Assembly: GCA_963783375.1 (NCBI GenBank)
Contig: CAWANH010000029.1
Span: 896,001 to 960,000, forward strand
Reading direction: 5' to 3'
Source: Candidatus Eiseniibacteriota bacterium
GTDB lineage: Bacteria; Eisenbacteria; RBG-16-71-46; JABDJR01
DNA: 64,000 nucleotides
How positions within the stretch are numbered: position 1 is the first letter of the stretch; every line of letters starts with the position of its first letter. The notes under the pieces were generated by a model that saw only the letters and a list, made by a program, of their open reading frames with translations, ran no database searches and was not told where the DNA came from. The position numbers and the translations under genes were made by a program. Below, in pieces: positions 1 to 8,670 of this stretch.

Positions 1-227
1 GGATCGGCCATGGTGGCCGAGAAGTGATCCACCAGGTAGTAGATCTTCGCTCCCGCCACCCCTCCGATCATCGCGGCCAGGACCGCGGAACCGGCGGCGT
101 CCGGAGAGAACCCGCGGCGGGTGAACTCCTTGGTGGCCAGCCAGGCGATCAGGAGGAACGCCACCGCCAGCATGAAGCCGAAGGAATGGATGGTGACCGG
201 CCCGATTCGGAAGAGTTGCGGCAACAT
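1..227 (-). CDS. lgt: Prolipoprotein diacylglyceryl transferase, 5' part (runs off window)
   Basis: Manual translation MLPQLFRIGPVTIHSFGFMLAVAFLL...GGVAGAKIYYLVDH matches the Lgt N-terminus (IGPxxIxxYG and GAR/KxxY motifs); not in the ORF track. Confidence 0.85.
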   Translation of the reverse strand, partial: MLPQLFRIGPVTIHSFGFMLAVAFLLIAWLATKEFTRRGFSPDAAGSAVLAAMIGGVAGAKIYYLVDHFSATMAD

Positions 228-234
228 GCGAAAG

Positions 235-263
235 ACGGTAGGCGGGGACGGGGGGAGTGTCAA
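235..263 (-). promoter_or_regulatory. Sigma70-type promoter for lgt, leaderless geometry
   Basis: TTGACA-17 nt-TACCGT, then 7 nt, then ATG at 227; no SD sequence. Confidence 0.65.
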
Positions 264-315
264 TCAGGAACCGCACTGCGGCGCGCGGGCTCCTCTCGCT
301 TGGTACAATCGAGCC

Positions 316-1686
316 ATGAGGCCCCAACCCCTCCTCATCGTGGCCGCCCTCCTACTCGCCCCGGCACCGGGGACGGCGGCGGTGGTCCGGGTGGAGTCCG
401 ACGGGAGCGGCGATTTCACCGCCATCCAGGCCGCCGTCGACGCCGCGGTCTCCGGAGACACCGTGATGGTGGGGCCGGGCACCTGGTCCGAACACGTCGC
501 GGTCGAGGGGAAGTGGTTCATCCTGATCGGGCGGGAAGGGGCCGAGTCCACGGTGCTGGAGGGGGGCTACGCGGGCCGTCCGTTGACCATCGTCGATTCC
601 GGCCTCCGCTGCACGATCACCGGGTTCACCTTCACCCACGGCATCAAGAACGGTCTCTTCCCGGACAATTCCGGAGGCGCCCTGGCCGCCTTCCACGCCA
701 ACCTCACCGTGAAGGAATGCGTGTTTCGGGAGAACGTGACCTCGGCGGGGGGGACGGGGGGCGCGATCTACGCCACCGCCCGCGTGGTGCCCGGGGTCTC
801 CCACACCGGTCCCCAACCCGCTCTCTCCCCCGAGATCCAGATCGCCGATTGCCTCTTCGAGGACAACTGGGCCAGCGACGAGGGGGCGGGAACCTTCATC
901 GACGACTCGGAGGCGGTGATCACCGGCTCCACCTTCCGCCGGGGGCAGGCCGTCCAGGGCGGGGCGATCTCCCAGGTCGGCCGCCCCCTCACCGTCATCG
1001 ACTGCCGCTTCGAGGGGAACCATTCCCGGAAGGACGGGGGGGCGTTGATCCACACCGCGACCCTCATCACTCCGGTGACCCTCGAGGGATGCGTGTTCCT
1101 CGACAACCGCTCGACCGACATGGGGGAGGGAGGCGCGGTGAAGGTGAAGGGGCGGGAGAACCTGGTCATCCAGGATTGCGCCTTCCTGCGGGGATCGGCC
1201 TGGCAGGGAGCTGGAGCCCACCTCCAGACCGCCTCGCTCCTCATTCGCCGCACCCTATGGCTCGACAACCATGCCGACGACCGGGGCGGAGCGCTCTACC
1301 TGCTCTCCCCCGCCGGCGCGGTGATGGAGCGAACCACCTGGTTCGCCAACGGCGCCGCCGTCGCGGCCTCGATCTACGCCAACGGGGGTTCGTTCGAAGT
1401 GCGAGCCTCCATCATCGCCGACCCGGGCCCGAACACGGTCCTCTGCCACGTGTCGGAGGGGACCGGGTCGTGCCTGGTGGGAGGACCGGCCACCGGGGGC
1501 TGCCTCCCCTTCGAGCAGATCCAGGCGGTGGCGGTCTGCCCCTCGGACTCCCTGAGCCTCTGCTCGGCGCCGGCGCTCCCCGGTTGCGGGCCGGTGGGCC
1601 ACGTGGATGCGCCGTGCCCCGACGGCGCCTGCGACACCCCGGTCCGGGCGGTGAGCTGGGGCGTCCTGAAGCGGCGCTATCGCTAA
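316..1686 (+). CDS. Secreted right-handed beta-helix (pectin lyase-like/Pmp repeat) protein with C-terminal SWG tail
   Basis: Signal peptide MRPQPLLIVAALLLA; GSGDFTAIQAAVDAA; repeated FxxN..GGA motifs; ends TPVRAVSWGVLKRRYR. Confidence 0.8.
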   Translation: MRPQPLLIVAALLLAPAPGTAAVVRVESDGSGDFTAIQAAVDAAVSGDTVMVGPGTWSEHVAVEGKWFILIGREGAESTVLEGGYAGRPLTIVDSGLRCTITGFTFTHGIKNGLFPDNSGGALAAFHANLTVKECVFRENVTSAGGTGGAIYATARVVPGVSHTGPQPALSPEIQIADCLFEDNWASDEGAGTFIDDSEAVITGSTFRRGQAVQGGAISQVGRPLTVIDCRFEGNHSRKDGGALIHTATLITPVTLEGCVFLDNRSTDMGEGGAVKVKGRENLVIQDCAFLRGSAWQGAGAHLQTASLLIRRTLWLDNHADDRGGALYLLSPAGAVMERTTWFANGAAVAASIYANGGSFEVRASIIADPGPNTVLCHVSEGTGSCLVGGPATGGCLPFEQIQAVAVCPSDSLSLCSAPALPGCGPVGHVDAPCPDGACDTPVRAVSWGVLKRRYR

Positions 1687-2978
1687 CCCGAGGGGATCAT
1701 GCGGTCGTCGGCCGGCGGGGAGGCCTCGGGGGCGCCGGGGCCGGGGAAGGGCTCGGCGGCGACGGCGATCCACAGGAGCGGCTCCACCGGGAAGAAATAG
1801 CGGGCCCCGCCGAGGAACGGCAGGTGGCCCAGGGTCCAGGCCCCGATCCCCGCCGCGCCCACGCGGGCCGCAGCGGTTTGTTCGGGATCGAGCCGCCGGC
1901 GCTTCCACCGGCGCCACCCCGCCCGAAGGGCCAGGAGCCAGGCCGCGACCTGCGCCGCCTGGGCGAGCGCCAGAACCATGAGCGCGGGGAGCCTCCCCCA
2001 CTTGCTCGCGAGCTCGGACCGGTAGGTGGCGGCGGGGGCGGGAAGCAGGAGGCGCGCGGCCTTGACCGGCATCAGCGCCACGAAGCGGGCCGGATGGTCT
2101 CCGATGTAGTCGAGGGCCCGGTGGAGCGCCAACCGCTGGTTCTCGATTTCATTTCCGGTCGCCGGAATTCCATCGGGGGGATCGGCGCGGCCGCCGCGGG
2201 CGTTGGGGTTGTTCCCCAGGAGAAGATTCAGGGATCCGTTGGTGGCGATGAGGACCGGGCTCCCCAGAACACGCTGGTTTCGCGCTCCCCAGAGACTCAC
2301 CCCGGCGAGATCGAAAACCAGGAGGACGGCGAGAACCGCGGCCAGTCGGCGGCCGCCGAACCGCCGCCACCCCCAGAGCGCGGCCACCGCCGCGGGAACC
2401 ACCAGGAACGCGTGCCCGCGGGTCATTCCCGCCGCGACCCCGGCCGCGCCCGCCCCCATGAGCCAGAGAGCGCCTCCCCGGCGAGCGAAGCGGACCACGG
2501 CGGCCAGAGCCAGGAGGAGCGCGGCCCCGCACACCACCTCGGACATGAGAAACGCCGGCATCACGATCTGGCTGGGGTCCAGGGCCAGGAACAGCGCCGC
2601 GCGCTTCGCGGCCCGGCGACCGGCCAGCTCCGCGGCCAGCCAGGCTCCGGCGGCGGCCAGCGCCAGCGAGGCGATCACGTTCATCGCCTGGCCGGCGCGG
2701 GGGGAGGCCCCGGCGATCCGATAGGCGACGGAGAGCGCCAGGGGGTATCCGGGCGGATAGAGAGCGGTCGGCGCGCCCTGATAGCTGAAACCGTTCCCGG
2801 CGGCCAGGGCGGCGGCGGTTTCATGGTAGAAGTGGCTGTCCCAGGTATTGGCCACGGTGGGAAAGACCGGGGTGGCCAGAACCGCGGCGAGCCGGAGCGC
2901 GACCCCCAGTCCAACCGCCCAGAACCACCCGCGCGGGACATCGCGCGGCGACCGGGCGGCGAGGGGTTTCGGCGACAT
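1683..2978 (-). CDS. GT-C fold membrane glycosyltransferase (ArnT/PMT-like, family 39-type)
   Basis: Multi-TM; DSHFYHETAAALAAGNG, TALYPPGYP, MSE and NLLLGNNP motifs. Confidence 0.75.
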   Translation of the reverse strand: MSPKPLAARSPRDVPRGWFWAVGLGVALRLAAVLATPVFPTVANTWDSHFYHETAAALAAGNGFSYQGAPTALYPPGYPLALSVAYRIAGASPRAGQAMNVIASLALAAAGAWLAAELAGRRAAKRAALFLALDPSQIVMPAFLMSEVVCGAALLLALAAVVRFARRGGALWLMGAGAAGVAAGMTRGHAFLVVPAAVAALWGWRRFGGRRLAAVLAVLLVFDLAGVSLWGARNQRVLGSPVLIATNGSLNLLLGNNPNARGGRADPPDGIPATGNEIENQRLALHRALDYIGDHPARFVALMPVKAARLLLPAPAATYRSELASKWGRLPALMVLALAQAAQVAAWLLALRAGWRRWKRRRLDPEQTAAARVGAAGIGAWTLGHLPFLGGARYFFPVEPLLWIAVAAEPFPGPGAPEASPPADDRMIPSG

Positions 2979-3143
2979 GGGCCCGATCATACCCAAAGCC
3001 GGATTCCATGGCAGGATTGAAAACCGCGGCCGGGCAGGCGTGGGAAAGCGCCGCACCCCGCCTGTCTCATGTCCGCGTTGCGGAACATGTCCCCCGTCCA
3101 CCTCATGGCCGTCCTGCGCCCGCTCCGACGCCTCCTCCCCCGC

Positions 3144-3650
3144 TCAGTCCCGGGGCTCCCCCCGGGCCAGCGCGGCGAGAACCTCACCGTCGGTGGGGAA
3201 CGCCAGGGGCTCGGGGGGGCGGGCCGGATCGAACCACCCGGTCTCCGAGGCGTCCCCGCCGGGACGCTCGCTCCCTCCCGCGATCCGCCCCAGGAACCAG
3301 ATCCCCACCGAGTGCGCCTCGGGATCGTGGAAGTTGGAGAGCACGGTGAAGACCGGACCCAGCTCGACCCGGTAGCCGGTCTCCTCCTCCATCTCGCGGC
3401 GGGCCGCGGTCCGCACGTCCTCGTCCCACTCGATGTTCCCGCAGGGGATGCACCAGGCCCCCGCCGGCGGGCTGGTGCGCCGAACCAGGAGCACCCGCCC
3501 GATGCCGTCGCGGAGGATGACCGCCACCGCCGCCTTGGGATTCCGCCACAGGACCCGGCCGCACCGGGGACAGGCGTCGCGTTCCCGCCCACCGCGCATG
3601 ACGGTCGTGAGTTCCGAACCGCAGGCGGGGCAATACCGGTCGCGGGCCAC
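3144..3650 (-). CDS. Zinc-ribbon NUDIX hydrolase
   Basis: CPACG...CPRCG ribbon; Nudix box G.IEWDED.RTAARREMEEETG. Confidence 0.9.
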   Translation of the reverse strand: MARDRYCPACGSELTTVMRGGRERDACPRCGRVLWRNPKAAVAVILRDGIGRVLLVRRTSPPAGAWCIPCGNIEWDEDVRTAARREMEEETGYRVELGPVFTVLSNFHDPEAHSVGIWFLGRIAGGSERPGGDASETGWFDPARPPEPLAFPTDGEVLAALARGEPRD

Positions 3651-3657
3651 GGCCGGT

Positions 3658-4311
3658 TCAGGGCGCGGCGGGGGCTTCGGAGGGAAGCCGGGTCGAGGCG
3701 AACGCGGGAAGCCCGAATCCGCCGCCGCCCGGGAGGTCCGCCGTCGCCTCGGACGGGGAGTCGAGAAGCCGGTCCAGGGTCCGGCCGCTGGCCCGGCAGG
3801 CATCGACGAACCGCCAGGCCTCGCTCAAGGTGGTGACCGGAGCGCGCCCCACCCGTAGTCCCGGGGGAATCCCCTCGCCGCGGGGGCAGGGAACCGCGAT
3901 CAGGTTCGGGCGCTGGATCGGTTCCCCGACCCGTGGAGGCCGGGTGACGTGGGCCGTCCGGCCGGGGAGGAACGGCACCAGATTCTCGTCGCCTCCCAGC
4001 AGCAGCCCCGAGGTTCCGCGAAGGGCGCAGAAGGAACCCAACCAGGCCACCGCGTCGCCCGCTTCCCGGCCTCCCGTGGTGTCGGCCAGGCTCACCACGT
4101 GCGTGGGGCACCCCCGGCTCCGGTTCCATCCGTCAAGCGCGCGGAAGGCGGGGCTCAGGTTCTCGGTGGTGATGATGAGGAAGGTGGATGCCCGGGGAAC
4201 CGGGGCCGAAGTGGGAACGACGGGGCGGGTCATGAGCCCGAGCACCGCCGCGGCCACTCCGAAAAACGGAATGGTCACCCCGAGACGACGAAGAACCGGG
4301 CCCACTTGCAT
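3658..4311 (-). CDS. Membrane-anchored protein resembling the N-terminal part of peptidase C25 (gingipain), without catalytic subdomain
   Basis: FLIITTENLSPAF...W...G; LLLGGDENLVP; LRVGRAPVTT motifs typical of C25; ends at about 217 aa. Confidence 0.55.
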   Translation of the reverse strand: MQVGPVLRRLGVTIPFFGVAAAVLGLMTRPVVPTSAPVPRASTFLIITTENLSPAFRALDGWNRSRGCPTHVVSLADTTGGREAGDAVAWLGSFCALRGTSGLLLGGDENLVPFLPGRTAHVTRPPRVGEPIQRPNLIAVPCPRGEGIPPGLRVGRAPVTTLSEAWRFVDACRASGRTLDRLLDSPSEATADLPGGGGFGLPAFASTRLPSEAPAAP

Positions 4312-4470
4312 CGAAAGGACACCCTCCAGGTCCATGCGACGGTGGCTTCATGGGAAGCGTTTGATCGATGCCGGATGGTAGGATCGGGCTTTTCCGGGTG
4401 TCAATAGGCTGCCGAGAGCGTCGGCCGGGGAGCGGAGATCGTGAATCGTTTCGGCCTGAATCCCAAGGCG

Positions 4471-5126
4471 ATGAGCCCCGAGGTCCCGATCACCTTCTCC
4501 GGACCGGCGGGGACGCTGGAAGGCCTCTGGCGGCCGCCGCGCCCGGGCGCCGCGCTCCGGGGCCTGGTGGTGGTGGCCCACCCGCATCCTGCCTTCGGCG
4601 GCACCATGATGAACAAGGTGGTGTTCCACACCGCCCGGGTCCTGAATCACGACCTCGATCTGGCCGCCCTCCGGTTCAACTTCCGCGGGGTGGGAAAGAG
4701 CGCGGGGCGCTACGACGAGGGGCGGGGGGAGGTCGATGACGTTCTCGCCGCGTGGGCCGAGGCCCGGCGACGGGAACCGGGCAGCCTGCCGCTGGTCGCG
4801 GCGGGGTTCTCCTTCGGGTCGGGGATGACCCTGGCCGCCACCGCTCGTCCGGCCGAGGCCGGCGCCCCCCAGCCCGCCGTCCTGGTCCTCATCGGGCTCC
4901 CGGTGCGGCTCTTCTCCCCCCCGAACGCATCCCCGCCTCGATCCCGGTGGCCGCGGTTCACGGGGAACTCGACCAGTACACCCCGCCGGAAGCGGTGGGC
5001 GAATACCTGGAGGGATGGCCGGGTCCCCACGCCTTCCACGTCATCCCCGGGGCGGACCACTTCCTGGAGGGACACCTTCCCGAGGCCACGACATTCCTGA
5101 GCCGGAGCTTGAAGGAGTGGCTCTAA
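4471..5126 (+). CDS. Alpha/beta hydrolase (single frameshift at C-run near 4916-4922)
   Basis: HPHPAFGGTMMNKVV, LRFNFRGVG, GFSFG nucleophile; continues in another frame with HGELDQ...GADHF. Confidence 0.85.
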
Positions 5127-5132
5127 CCCCTT

Positions 5133-6038
5133 CTATATCTTGCCGTTCAGCATGTTCCGCATGATGTGGCCCGCCACCTGCGGATTCTCCTTCAGGCGCC
5201 GGAGCGAATACGCGTACCAGTGGCTGCCGAAGGGGACGTACACCCGGAGCCGGTGGCCTCGGGCCAGCACCCGCCCCCGCAGGTTCTCGGTCACCCCCAG
5301 GAGCATCTGGAACTCGTAGCGGTCCGGGGAGAGATCCAGATCCCCGATGATGCCGTAGGCCGCCTCCACCAGATCCTCATCATGGGTGGCGATCCCGACG
5401 TAGCACCCCCCGGCCAGAAGCTCCCGCAGGAGAAGCGCGTAGTTCCGGTTGATGGCGTCGTGTCCCTTGTAGGCGATCTCCGCCGGCTCGATGTAGATGC
5501 CCTTGCAGAGACGGACGTTGGCCCCCACGGAGATCAACGAGCGGACGTCGTCGAGGCTTCGTTTGAGGTAGGCCTGGATCGCGCAGCCGACGTGGCCGGG
5601 AAACTCCCGCCGCAGCCGCTCGTACACCGCCAGGGTGGCGTCGGTGCAGTTCGAGTCCTCCATGTCGATGCGCACGAAGTTGCTGAGCCGGATCGCCTCC
5701 TCCACCACCCCGCGGCACACTTCGTAGCAGAGTTCGGGGTCGATGGTGAGACCCATCTGGGTGAGCTTCAGGGAGACGTTGCCGTCGACCTTCCGTTCGT
5801 CGATGGCCCGCAGCACCCGGAGGTACTGCTCACCCGCCCGCCGCGCCTCCTCGGCCGAGGACACGAACTCCCCCAGGACGTCCTGGGTGGTCATCATCCC
5901 CTCCCGGTTCAGCCGGGCCACGGTGTCGAGCGCTTCGTCGAGGGTTTCCCCGGCGATGTATCGCGAGCTCACCCGCCTCACGATCGGCTTGGGGACCACG
6001 GGCAGGGTGCGGGCGACCACCTTGTTGAACCAGCTCAT
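5133..6038 (-). CDS. Monofunctional proline dehydrogenase
   Basis: SLKLTQMG, RIDMED, RLCKGIY, IATHD, YEFQMLLG, YVPFG..WYAYSLRRLKE. Confidence 0.95.
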   Translation of the reverse strand: MSWFNKVVARTLPVVPKPIVRRVSSRYIAGETLDEALDTVARLNREGMMTTQDVLGEFVSSAEEARRAGEQYLRVLRAIDERKVDGNVSLKLTQMGLTIDPELCYEVCRGVVEEAIRLSNFVRIDMEDSNCTDATLAVYERLRREFPGHVGCAIQAYLKRSLDDVRSLISVGANVRLCKGIYIEPAEIAYKGHDAINRNYALLLRELLAGGCYVGIATHDEDLVEAAYGIIGDLDLSPDRYEFQMLLGVTENLRGRVLARGHRLRVYVPFGSHWYAYSLRRLKENPQVAGHIMRNMLNGKI

Positions 6039-6159
6039 CCTCCTCGTCCTCCTCCAGTGGCGACTCGTACGCCGGCCCGAGGGTCCGCGGCGGCCGGCGG
6101 CGCGGGTGAGTGTAGCATGCACTCCGACGCCCCGGAGACGTCGCTCGACACCTCCGGAG

Positions 6160-7428
6160 CTACAGAAAGTAGATGATGGGGAGAGTGGCCAGCCCGCTCA
6201 CAAACACGATCCCCAGCGCGGTGAGGAGCGGCCGGCGGATCTTGCGGTGGCCGACGGTGATGCCGATCAGGGCCTTGCTGGCGGTGTTCGAGAGGGCGGC
6301 GATGAGGATCGCCCCCACCGCCAGGTTCGCCGGAAGCGATGGACCGGTGAGCTTGGCCACGCTCAGGGTGATGGCGTCCACCTGGGTGAGGCCGGAGATC
6401 GCCGCCACCATGGGGGTTCCGGTGACCGGGAGGAACCGCCCGGCGGCCTTGACCAGGAAGAGGACCAGGGCGAAGGCCACTCCGAATCCGATCACCGTGG
6501 TGAGGCGGAACGGGTTCTGGATCTCGAGCCCCCCCTCGATCGCGGTGTCGTGCCGGGACCCGCGCCAGAGCCAGTACGAGGTGGCGACTCCCGAAACCCC
6601 CAGGGCGGCCAGGGGGATCCACAGGAAACGGAAGAGCGCGGGTTGGACCACCGCCACCAGCACCGCGATCCGCGCCACCATCACCGTGGAGGCCATGGTG
6701 ATGGCCATGGCGCAGCTCTTGGCCAGGGCGGGATTCTCCTTGCTCCGGCGGCCGAAGGACATGGACACCGCGGTGGAGGACGCGAGCCCGCCCAGGATCC
6801 CGGAGAGCGCGATCCCCCGCTCCGGACCGTAGAGCTTGAAAGCCACGTAGCCCAGGAAGGAAACCCCGGAGATGAGCACCACCATGATCCAGACTTCATG
6901 AGGGTTGAAGGCCGCGAGGGGACCGTAGTGGCGGTTGGGGAGGATGGGGAGCACCACGAAGGTGATGACCGCGAACTTCAGGGTGGTGTAGATGTCCTCG
7001 GTGGTGATGCGCTCCACCCAGCGAAGGAGCGCTGGCTTGACCGAGAGCAGCACGGCCACGATCACCCCGCAGGCCACCGCGGCCTCGGTCCGACCGGCGG
7101 CCACCAGGGCGCCGAGCAGGAAGGTGACGAGCGCGGCCACCTCGGTGGTCATCCCCCGGTCCGTCCACTCCATCATGGAGCCCCGGAGATAGGTGACCCC
7201 GACCAGGATCGCCAGCGCGGCGAAGGCCAGGGGCAGCATGGGGGGGCTCAGGGTCTTGGTGAGCCAGGCCGAGAGGTTTCCGAGAAGGGCGTAGAACATG
7301 AAGGTGCGCAGCCCGGCGAACCCCTTCTCCCCCTTGAGCTGGTGGGTGTACTCGCGTTCCAGGCCGATCAAGGCGCCGATCAGGGTGGCCACCCCCATCG
7401 AGCGCAGGATCTCGATCTGATCGGTCAT
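6160..7428 (-). CDS. MgtC/SapB family membrane protein with DUF4010
   Basis: GALIGLERE...AGLRTF, GMTTE, GGLASSTAV, SGLTQVDAIT. Confidence 0.9.
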   Translation of the reverse strand: MTDQIEILRSMGVATLIGALIGLEREYTHQLKGEKGFAGLRTFMFYALLGNLSAWLTKTLSPPMLPLAFAALAILVGVTYLRGSMMEWTDRGMTTEVAALVTFLLGALVAAGRTEAAVACGVIVAVLLSVKPALLRWVERITTEDIYTTLKFAVITFVVLPILPNRHYGPLAAFNPHEVWIMVVLISGVSFLGYVAFKLYGPERGIALSGILGGLASSTAVSMSFGRRSKENPALAKSCAMAITMASTVMVARIAVLVAVVQPALFRFLWIPLAALGVSGVATSYWLWRGSRHDTAIEGGLEIQNPFRLTTVIGFGVAFALVLFLVKAAGRFLPVTGTPMVAAISGLTQVDAITLSVAKLTGPSLPANLAVGAILIAALSNTASKALIGITVGHRKIRRPLLTALGIVFVSGLATLPIIYFL

Positions 7429-8600
7429 GCGCGGGTCCCCGCATAGGTCGCCGTGAGCCGCCGGCAGGCCTCGGACAGGTCGTCATCGGTCTTGGCGAAA
7501 CAGAAGCGCACCAGGTGTTCTCCCCCGCCGTCGCGGTAGAAGGCGGATCCGGGGATGGTGGCCACCCCCGCGTCCCGGAGGATCGCGTCCGAGGCCTCGC
7601 GGGCGGTGCGCGCACCCACGCCCGCCGGCTCGGCCATCAGGTAGTAGGCTCCCGCCGGGACCCGCGGTCTCCATCCCAGCCGCTCGCAGGTTCCGGCCAG
7701 GAGATCGCGCTTCCGCTGGTAGTCGCGGGCGAGGTCCCGATAATAGCTCGGGGGGACGGCGGCCAGGGCGTGGGCGACCGCGTGCTGGAGCGGGGTCGGC
7801 GCGCAGACGTAATAGAGGTCGTTCAGGACCCCCAGGGCGCCGGCCAGTTCCCGGGGCGCGGCGGCGAACCCGATCCGCCAGCCGGTGATGGAGAAGGTCT
7901 TGGAGAAGCCGCTCACCGTCACCGCGCGTTCGCGCCCGCCCGGACGGGCGGCCAGGCTCAGATGTTCGCGGCCGTCGTAGAGGATGTCCTCGTAGATCTC
8001 GTCGGTGATCCCCCAGAGGTCATGGCGGTGGAGGAGGGCGACCAGGCCGTCCAGCTCCGGCGCGGTCCAGACCTTTCCGGTGGGGTTGGCCGGCGAACAG
8101 ACCACCACCGCGCGGGTGCGCCCGGTCACCGCGCGCTCCAGGGCCTCGAGGTCCACCGCGAAATCGGGCTCGGCCAGGGGCACCGGCCGCGGCACGCCTC
8201 CCGCGGCCAGCACGGTGTTCCAGTGATATCCGTAGAAGGGTTCGGGGAGGATCACCTCGTCCCCGGGATCGAGAAGCGCGGTCATGGCCACGGCGAACGC
8301 GCCGGTGGAGCCCACGGTGACCACGATCTCGCCGTCCGGATCGTAGGTCGCGCGGTTCTTGGCCGCCAGCCTCGCGGCGATCGCCTCTCGAAGTTCGGCC
8401 ACCCCGTCGTAGCGGCTGTAGGTGGAACGGTTCGCCTCCACCGCGGCGGCCAGCCCCTCCTTGAGTTCCACGATGGTGGGGAGATCGCAGATGCCCTGGC
8501 CGAGGTTGATCCCACCGACCCGCGCGCACTCCAGGGTCATGCGGCGGATGTCGGACTGGCTCAGGTCGCGCATGCGGGACGATAGGTGGATGGAATTCAT
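7425..8600 (-). CDS. PLP-dependent aminotransferase class I/II
   Basis: INLGQG, SPANPTG, DEIYE, SKTFSITGWRIG, VRFCFAK. Confidence 0.95.
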   Translation of the reverse strand: MNSIHLSSRMRDLSQSDIRRMTLECARVGGINLGQGICDLPTIVELKEGLAAAVEANRSTYSRYDGVAELREAIAARLAAKNRATYDPDGEIVVTVGSTGAFAVAMTALLDPGDEVILPEPFYGYHWNTVLAAGGVPRPVPLAEPDFAVDLEALERAVTGRTRAVVVCSPANPTGKVWTAPELDGLVALLHRHDLWGITDEIYEDILYDGREHLSLAARPGGRERAVTVSGFSKTFSITGWRIGFAAAPRELAGALGVLNDLYYVCAPTPLQHAVAHALAAVPPSYYRDLARDYQRKRDLLAGTCERLGWRPRVPAGAYYLMAEPAGVGARTAREASDAILRDAGVATIPGSAFYRDGGGEHLVRFCFAKTDDDLSEACRRLTATYAGTRA

Positions 8601-8670
8601 GGACGGCATCATACGCATTCCGCCCCGGGCGCGCGAGGCCTCACCCCCCGGACTCCGGCGCCCGGAGGGA

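Noticed and set aside
4910-4925. Programmed frameshift in the alpha/beta hydrolase
   Set aside because: Single indel in a C homopolymer; the same pattern recurs in ClC (51610), the kinase (44340) and the housekeeping asnS (55290), so sequencing error is more likely.
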